From positions 6,138,001 through 6,202,000 of the forward strand of contig CM022670.1 of assembly GCA_012295275.1 (NCBI GenBank): a stretch of 64,000 nt of DNA. The letters run 5' to 3'. Below the pieces are notes generated by a model, which saw only the letters and a program-made list of their open reading frames with translations, searched no databases and had not been told where the DNA came from. The DNA comes from Chrysomallon squamiferum. Taxonomy: Eukaryota > Animalia > Mollusca. Shown here piece after piece: positions 56,001 through 64,000 of this stretch (its first letter is position 1; each line of letters begins with the position of its first letter). The position numbers and the translations under genes are program-made.

Positions 56001-59000
56001 GTGTTTCTGTTTACGTATGTATGTATATGTTAAACAATACAGATAATCAGACAAAAAAAAAAAAAAAAAAAAAAGATATATAAATGTACATATATACAAG
56101 CATTTAGTAAAATCTTAAGACAAAAGACCCTGTAGCACTGTTCAGATTTTTATTTTATATATATATATATATATATGTATGTATATATGTTGATAACAAA
56201 TATGTATAATATGTAACTTTATATGTCTGTATGTGTGTGTTTAAAATTCAGTTTTATCAAGACTTGCTTCTTTCTGAAGTTTGCCAGAGTTTTCCAACAG
56301 CTTTCGTCTTTCCCGTTCTAGATTATTGACATCAAATCCAGCCAGCTGTTGTTGTAGTTGTTCTTTCTCAACTTGTAAACTCTTCACATCTTTCTCCTTC
56401 TTCCTCAACTGATCAATGTCATTCAGTTCTCGCTGATGGATCTAAGACAGACAAAGAGACAGACAGATATGTTGTTACTGATCAAACAAACATTTAAATC
56501 AAACTTTCATTATAAACAATTATTATATTTTTTTACACAGAATAAATTTTCTTTCAAAAGCAGTAAACAACAACAGTGTGGATTATACTTGTCTATATTT
56601 GATCCTGTCTGTAAATATTTACTGTAAATGTAAATTTAACTGGTAATACATAATAAACAAGCCTGTATATAACAGTCACCTGCTGATAAATAATATAAAA
56701 CATGTATATAAAAGTCACCTTAACATAAATAAAGAAACCTGCATATAACAATCACCTCCCGTTAAATAAAAACAATCTGTATATAACAGTCACCTGTTGA
56801 TTGGCTAACTCTTTATTCAGACTGTTTATTTTTCCAGTTATCTCCCCACATTGTTGCTCTTTTTCTGCTAATTCTGACATCAGAGTCTTCTGTCTGTCCT
56901 TGCTTCTGTTGAGACGCTCTGCTTTTCCTGACTGGTCATAACTTTACACAAGTATTAACAAACAATTATTAATTAGTTATTTTGTAATGTATATTTTTTA
57001 AAATTTAAACTCAAAAATCTAATATGAATGTAAATAATCAACCAACTTTTTAATATTTAAACACAATGACTCTATCTCAATACAAGACGCTGCAAAATAA
57101 AATGGTTTCTCAAACACTGTATGATCATGTTTGATGTGTAATAATAACTGACAATTTTTTTTTTATTGAATTGTCAGTAAACTAACTTGTTCAATTATTG
57201 AATCTTTTTAAATGTTACAGATATAACAACAACAAATAACAAATAACAATAACAACAGTAATAATAATAATAATAAATACAATAAAAATAATAATAATAA
57301 ATACAATAAAATAATTTAAAAAAATAATAATAAATGATAATAACAATTAATAATAATAATAATAGTTATAAGAATAATAAATACAATAACAGTAATAATA
57401 ATAACAATAATAATAAAAATAATAAATACAATAACAATAATAACAACAACAACAATAATAATAATAACAATAACAATAATAATGATAATAATAAATATAA
57501 CAACAACAACAACAATAATAATTTAATTAGTTAAAAAATAACTTACTGTTTGATGTTCTGGTTCACAATTTTGACATCATTTCCATTTCCTCGGACAAGT
57601 TCTTCCTGTAAAATAAACTCAAATTGTTAACTTGACTTCAGTTATTTACTGACACAGCTGATAGTGACCTTTCAGAAAACCACAGCAAATAATCTTCTTT
57701 GTATTATTTGATCATGTAATAAAAACTATTGTAATTTTGTCATCACTTTTATATTCTTTGTATATTTCATTGATTCATACAAATATTATAATTTCTCTTT
57801 TTACCTCTTCTTTTGCCTCGTCAATCTTTTCCTCTTTTTCTTTTGTAATTTTATTTTTTTCAGTTTTCTCCTTAGCGATCTGGCTCTGAAACACAAACAT
57901 GATACACATGATAACAACTACACTAGACAGGAAACGTTAAGTTGACAGAAGCGAGCTTGTAGTGGATGTTATAGTCATCTGACAAAAATTCAAATAAAAT
58001 CTGATTAATAAAAAAAAATAAAACAGCAAAGAAATAACAAATAAAAATAAGAAAATAAAAATAACAAGAACAAGTGTTTGATGATTATAAAATGAATTAA
58101 TTTTAACTCTCTAAGCTTGATGTGACAGTATCATGAAAAGACTATTCTCTAATTTACTATTTTTAACTGGAACCTTTTTAATGTGTGTGACTATAAAAGT
58201 AAAATAAAATATACAAAGTACTTACCTCAAGTGGCTCCAGTTCTTTTTCAGTCTCCTGGAAAAAAAAAAAAAAAAAAAAAAAAATTCAGACACTGTTAAA
58301 TTAAACAGCAGACATTTTGTTTTTTCTATCAAGTTAATTAATGACTGATGCTGAGTCACCATGTAAAAACAATGTGTAGTTATTCAGAATGTAGTAAACA
58401 TGTTTTTATAATACACGTTTCACAGATCCCTACAGGCTACTATTTCATTATGTTATCTCAGTCAATATATTTCTTGAAATTTCACCAAATAGAAAAAAAA
58501 GAAAAGAAAAAAAAAGAAAAATAAACAACAAATCATCAACAAAACAAAAAAAAAATGAAAAAAAGACACTAATATATTATTAATTTAGAAAAATTTTAAA
58601 TTTAAAAAACATTTAGTAAAAAACTGATTTTTATATTTTGAAATTAAAAAAACAAGCAAACTTCAGGTAAAACTGTGACATCTCACCTCAATCTCTGATC
58701 TGAGAGCAGAGTTTTCACTGGCGAGGGTTGTTTTAGTTTCCTCCAGTTTCGTCTTCTCCTGCAGCTCACCCTCTATCTTCAACTTCTCTTCTTTCAGGTC
58801 ACTGACCTTAATTCTCAGTTGCTGGACCCTGTCCTGATGGTCAGTCAATCTCTGGCGGTAACGGTCAAGCTGTTTACTCAGTGTGTCACTAAAAATAACA
58901 ATGATTAAACCAACATTAATGAGTAACACTAGATTTTTAATACTAATAGTTTTTATATATTAGTAGTATATAAACTGTGTAACTGTGCCATAGTGAATGT

Positions 59001-62000
59001 ATGCTTATGGCTGTCCATGTGGATATATTAGGGAATTAAAATAAATATACACATATGAATGTAAGTAAGAATAATGTGGATACTATTTAGATTTGATCTA
59101 CAACTATTTCTGTGTGTATGTGTCAAATATGTGTGTGTACTGTGAAGTTCTACATGTATATGTGTAACACACAAGTAAGTAAATATAAAAGTAAATATAA
59201 CAGATTTGTCTTACAGCTTTAGCTGAATGTCGTCTTTTTCTTGTATAACAATTTCTAAAGTTCTTTCAGAATCTAAAATTTAAAAAACGAAATTTTAAAA
59301 TCATTTAAGATATTTTAACCTGAAACACGATGACCACAGTAAAATGATGGTCACCTATAATGAATAACAAGTGACCTATGAATAGGAGAACATGAGATGT
59401 ATGGAACTATTATTAAGAACTGATAATAAGATGACACAAGTGATAGTTGACTGAGCTGATTTATGATAAAATGAAAAACATTTTACAGGTTTAATTTAAC
59501 TGAATATTCACAAACATGGACACATTAAATGTTTTGACATGTCTGGCTGGGGAACAGGACATTTAAATAATAAATTTTAGAATTTATTTTGAAAAATGTT
59601 TTGTATATAATAAGCATATAATATCTGTAATAGATATAATTTTTTATTTTTTATTTTTTTAATTAAAAAACCCACAAAAAACCTAATGAAAAAACCCCCA
59701 AAATCCCCACCAAAACAAACAAAATAAAAGAATAAATATAATGAATAAAATATCTGTTTATTTTAAAATGAAAAAGTTAATTAAGAAAAAAACACAGAAA
59801 GAGTAAAGGACCTGATACAGGTAAAAGTTCCTGCTGAGTGGAAATCTTCTTGTCAAGTTCTCTGATCTCTCCGCAGAATCTGTCCATGAGCACAATGTCC
59901 AAGTGTAAGCTTTTAGCCATCTGTGAATTCTTGTACTTTGTCTGATACTCCTCATCTTTCTACATAAACAAAAAATATCTTTAAAAATATCACGAAATTG
60001 CAGTATAATAAAAATGGAAACACAACAGTAATAATCCTAAGTATAGTAAATAATAATTATGCGTGTATTTTATATAAAACAAAGTGAAAATGTAAAACAA
60101 ATAAAAAATAAATAATAAATAATAAAATAAAAATTACTGGTACAATTTTTAAAAGGATACGTTATCTAGAAGGGTGCATGTTGGTTTACAAACATTAAAA
60201 TTATTGATGTGTATGACATATATAAATATCAAATAATAATAACTGAACTGCACTGGTTCTATTTTAAAGTTAGTTTCATAAGAACATCCACAAAATTAAT
60301 TTCACAGATTTTTGCCTACATAACTGAAGCAAAACAGAAGTAACTGCAACAAATTTTACAAACGTTTTCAATTGATTGTTTCAGAGTCTGAATTTCACTT
60401 GTCACTTGCTGATATTTCTTTCTCAGGTTTGGTAATTCAGTGTCCTGCAGTATGGCTATCTGGAAATTAAAAAAAAAAAAAAATAATAATAATAATTTGA
60501 TAACACAGATAGGTTTCAGTTAATGCAAATCATTGTCTAACTAGAAAAATTAAAAGTACAATGATGTCTGTCTGTTTGTTTCTCTGTCATCTTCTCAGTA
60601 AGTTACTATACAAAAATAATACATTTTAAATAAAACAATTTCACTGTTCTAATTCACAACATTTTGAGAATGGGAATCTGAAAAACAATGACAATGATAT
60701 TAAAATTTAAAAACATTTAAAAAACAAAAAAAACAATATAAAATAATAATAATAAAATGAATCAATGCAAAACACAAAAAAAAAAGAAAGAAAGAAGAAA
60801 ACACTTAAGAAAGGCACACTTAATAGTAAATTGATCTTCCACTGATAAGATTTGAACTCAGAACCTTATTTGAGAGTCTTACCAAACATATAAGAATGAA
60901 AGTCATGGTTAGAGTCTAACAACAGCTAATATTTTTCTGAAGTCCTGTGATCTACTGTGTCAGATAAAATATTTATCACTCACATTTTTTTTCACTGGTT
61001 TAAGTTCCATCATTTTGTCATATTTTGTTTTGGACTCATTCAGTTCCATGTGAGCTTTTTCCAGCTGGGTTGGAACCAGTTGCAACTTTTGTTTCAACTG
61101 AAAAACATCAAAAAATAAAACAGATGTGTAAACAACAAATTAACTTTTTATCTTCACAATTTGCACTTCCTGTTTAAATTAACAAGGAAACAATTAAACT
61201 TTGATGAATGGTTTTACATTGTAAAACAAAATTTAAAAAAAGGACAAAATCATAAGTCTATTGCTTTAACAAAACACTGAATTTAACGTCAAATGTAGCA
61301 TATTAATGATAAAAATATACAACTTTTAAACTGGTTTTTTTTCCAAGATATTTAAGCTTAAAGGGGAGAAGAGAGATATAATTAACAGTTAAAAGAGAAA
61401 ACACACAACAGTTTTACCTCTAGGATGAGTTCTCTCACTTCCTGGTCATCGTTGAAACCTCGGTGACAGAGAGGACAAAAAGGTTTTTCTTTTTCCAAAT
61501 CTTTGACGTACTTCTTGAAGAAGTGTTCAGCTCCCATCAGAGACCCCTTAGTACTGAAACAGTAAAAACTTTAAACAGAAAATGTGGACAGATGTTATTC
61601 TAGTAATTGTATTAGAAGTGAAATAACAAGAGAAATTCAGTGTAGACAGACGTTAATTTAGTATTTTTATCAGTAGTGGGATGCAGGACCAAGCCTTGTT
61701 GGTAGATCTGTGTTATTTTTTTATCAACCAATCATCATTATTTATAACAAAGTATTAGAATAAAGTGAAGAACATTTAAGAACTGACAGTCAAGTTTTGT
61801 GACAATGCCAGAAGAAACTGTACAAAAGTCTTACTTCATGGCAAAATAAAAAAAATAAAAAAAATGACAGCAGAGAAACATTTTTAACTGTACTCTTTGC
61901 TTGTTACACTTCATTATTACTTAAAATAGGACAAAACAAAATTAAAATAAAATATAAAAAAATACAAAATTAAAGTAAATATAAAGAAAAAATGAAATAA

Positions 62001-63469
62001 AGTAAATAAAAATTAAAATAAATAAAAGATTTTTGTTATTAAAGAAGACAAAATTATTTTAAAATCTCACTCTTGTGCTTGGTTCAGTTTTATTTCGACT
62101 GTTGTCAACTCTGTGTCGAAACTTTCGCTGTCGCAAACATTGTTTAAACTTTCCTCCATTTCTGAAAAAATAAATAACAGAATTATGTTTGATATTTAAA
62201 TTATTATATATGTGTTTTATTTGTTAATGAAATAAATTTAAAAAAAAGTGTAAAAAGTAAAAAAAGCTTACCTCTCAGTTTTCTTTCATAACTTTTAATT
62301 TGTTCACTGAAAATAATAGATTTATAAAAATAAAATATTAAATAATGTATGCAAAACAATAGTGAAGAAAAAAAGAAAATTGAATAATTAAAGCTTAGCT
62401 GTCTTCTTTCTCTTTAAATACTAAATAACATACATTTCTATTCTCCACTTAGAGCTAATAAATAAATAAATAAATAAAAATAAATACATACACACACAAA
62501 CACACAGAGGAAATAACTGATTACTATTTCAAGATATCAATTTTATCCTGCAAAGGTGAGAATGCCTATTTGCAGCAAAGCTCTTCTGAGCTCCATTTGA
62601 CAACAATGGTAATAAACTTATATCATACCTAAGCATACTTTTTTCTTGTTCCTTAGCTGAACACTTTTCTTTTAACTTCTGCAGTTCAGTGGAACACGCA
62701 TTCACCTGCACATGCTGTTGTCTACAACAGACAATGTTGTACTGTGACTACACTAATAAATACTAGCAACATGTTTTTAAAACAGATTTTTTGTAATATT
62801 TTCCTACAAATCAAACTTGTAAAAAGAAACTGTAATTTTCTTTCAGGATTGATATTTGTGCTGACATTAATTTTGTGTTGATATTTGTGTTGTTATTTGT
62901 ACAAATACATCTCTAGATATTTGTATTGGTACTTGTGTTGATATTGGTGTTGTTATTTGTATCCAGTATTATTTCTGATCAGTTGGTGTTAATGACTTAC
63001 AATTTTTGGATGGTTTTAGTGTGTACACACTTTATTTCATGCATTCAGATAAGGAAATCTTAACCTATAGATTGGCTTATAGGCCACATTTGTGTTTGAA
63101 TATTTGATTTCTGTACATCTATGTTAATTTAGAAACATCTGAAGTCCAAAGCATTAATATGTTACAACAGATAGGTTAATATGGTATAAGAAAAAGGGTT
63201 CGTATGATACAAGACAAATGGTTAATATGGTTTAAGAAAAAGGGTTTATATGGTATAAGGAAATAAGAGTTAATATGGTATAAGAAAATAAGAGTTAATA
63301 TGGGATAAGAAAATAAGGTTTAATATGGTACAAGAAAAAGGGTGAATATGCACAAGATAAAGAGTTAATATGATATATTCACCCCATGTATTCCTCTATC
63401 TTTCCTCGTATGTTGTGTTCTGGCATGTGACCTAACAAGTAGGTTATTGTGTCTTCATGTTTAGCTTTT
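53015..63469 (-). CDS. RAD50: DNA repair protein RAD50, 3' half; 5' end lies beyond the right edge
   Basis: Twenty-one exons: 63469-63383, 62721-62629, 62306-62272, 62161-62071, 61553-61418, 61097-60984, 60459-60364, 59959-59812, 59272-59215, 58888-58687, 58255-58226, 57885-57805, 57605-57547, 56941-56794, 56441-56268, 55942-55817, 55556-55504, 55103-55018, 54725-54452, 53885-53757, 53066-53015. It contains the zinc hook CPLCHR, coiled coil, signature [10 protein letters not shown], Walker B/D-loop [11 protein letters not shown] and H-loop VITHDEDF. Confidence 0.97.
54898..55012 (+). repeat. 20-bp minisatellite in a RAD50 intron
   Basis: CATTACTGTGTAACACCAGA-like unit repeated about six times, running up to the donor at 55017. 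Confidence 0.85.
56660..56795 (+). repeat. Minisatellite of about 37 bp containing copies of a RAD50 5' splice site
   Basis: TGTATATAACAGTCACCT-like unit x4; the last copy contains the real donor. Confidence 0.75.
57223..57522 (+). repeat. (AAT/AAC)n low-complexity tract in a RAD50 intron
   Basis: Directly visible; it is the source of the poly-N ORF. Confidence 0.9.
63172..63372 (+). repeat. Minisatellite of about 22-24 bp in a RAD50 intron
   Basis: GTTAATATGGTATAAGAAAA(T)AAG-like unit repeated about eight to nine times. Confidence 0.8.
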
Positions 63470-64000
63470 CTGAAATCAGAAATTTTACCACTGATATATT
63501 TTTACAGACAGGAGTCAGACAGTCGCAAATGTGAGAGCTCTACAAGTACAAAATGTTTTGATCTGAAAAAGTAACTGCTATGGTGTTCTGGACGTAAACA
63601 TATTATTTGATAAGCAAGGAGAAACAAGTACAAAATGATATCAACAGTATGTTCAAAATAATAGCCTCTTTGTATCTCTTATGACTTGTTATCTCAATGT
63701 CAAGTTTAATTATTAACAAAAATATGTGTGTTTGTGTTCTATGTGCATATGTACAAGTGTGCATATATCTTAACAACAAACCACACAAGCAAGCAAATAA
63801 AGTTTTTGAAACTTTCCATCTCTATCATCACAGGTATTCATTATTTATATTTAAATCTTTCACATGTACAGCAGTCAAAAATTTCAAAGTTAACAACCAT
63901 TTTTCTTCTAAATGTAAACTGATATATATCTAAAATAAAATGAGACACAATTACTAAAACTATTTTTTTTTTATAGTACTTTTTTTACTGCACAAAGGAG

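Overview
This is AT-rich, intron-rich, microsatellite-rich animal genomic DNA. It is probably from a lophotrochozoan or mollusc, inferred from composition and protein similarity rather than proven. I rebuilt five multi-exon genes by hand from splice sites and reading-frame phase. (1) A minus-strand uncharacterised gene (18529 to <2740, probably continuing past the left edge) fuses a FAMeT-like (Methyltransf_FA) domain, a winged-helix-like domain and the start of a nucleoside-phosphorylase (PNP/MTAN) fold. (2) DELE1 (+, 20335-28100) lies head-to-head with gene 1. (3) EXOSC9/RRP45 (+, 31991-38330). (4) Cyclin A (-, 40094-43753) is tail-to-tail with EXOSC9, as in human 4q27. (5) The 3' half of RAD50 (-, 53015 to >63469). 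Most ORFs in the supplied track are microsatellite or intron read-through artefacts. The most interesting signals are the FAMeT-wHTH-PNP fusion, the deep EXOSC9-cyclin A microsynteny, two GC-AG introns, maternal-mRNA control motifs in the cyclin A 3'UTR, a decayed Merlin-like transposase, and minisatellites clustered next to 5' splice sites.
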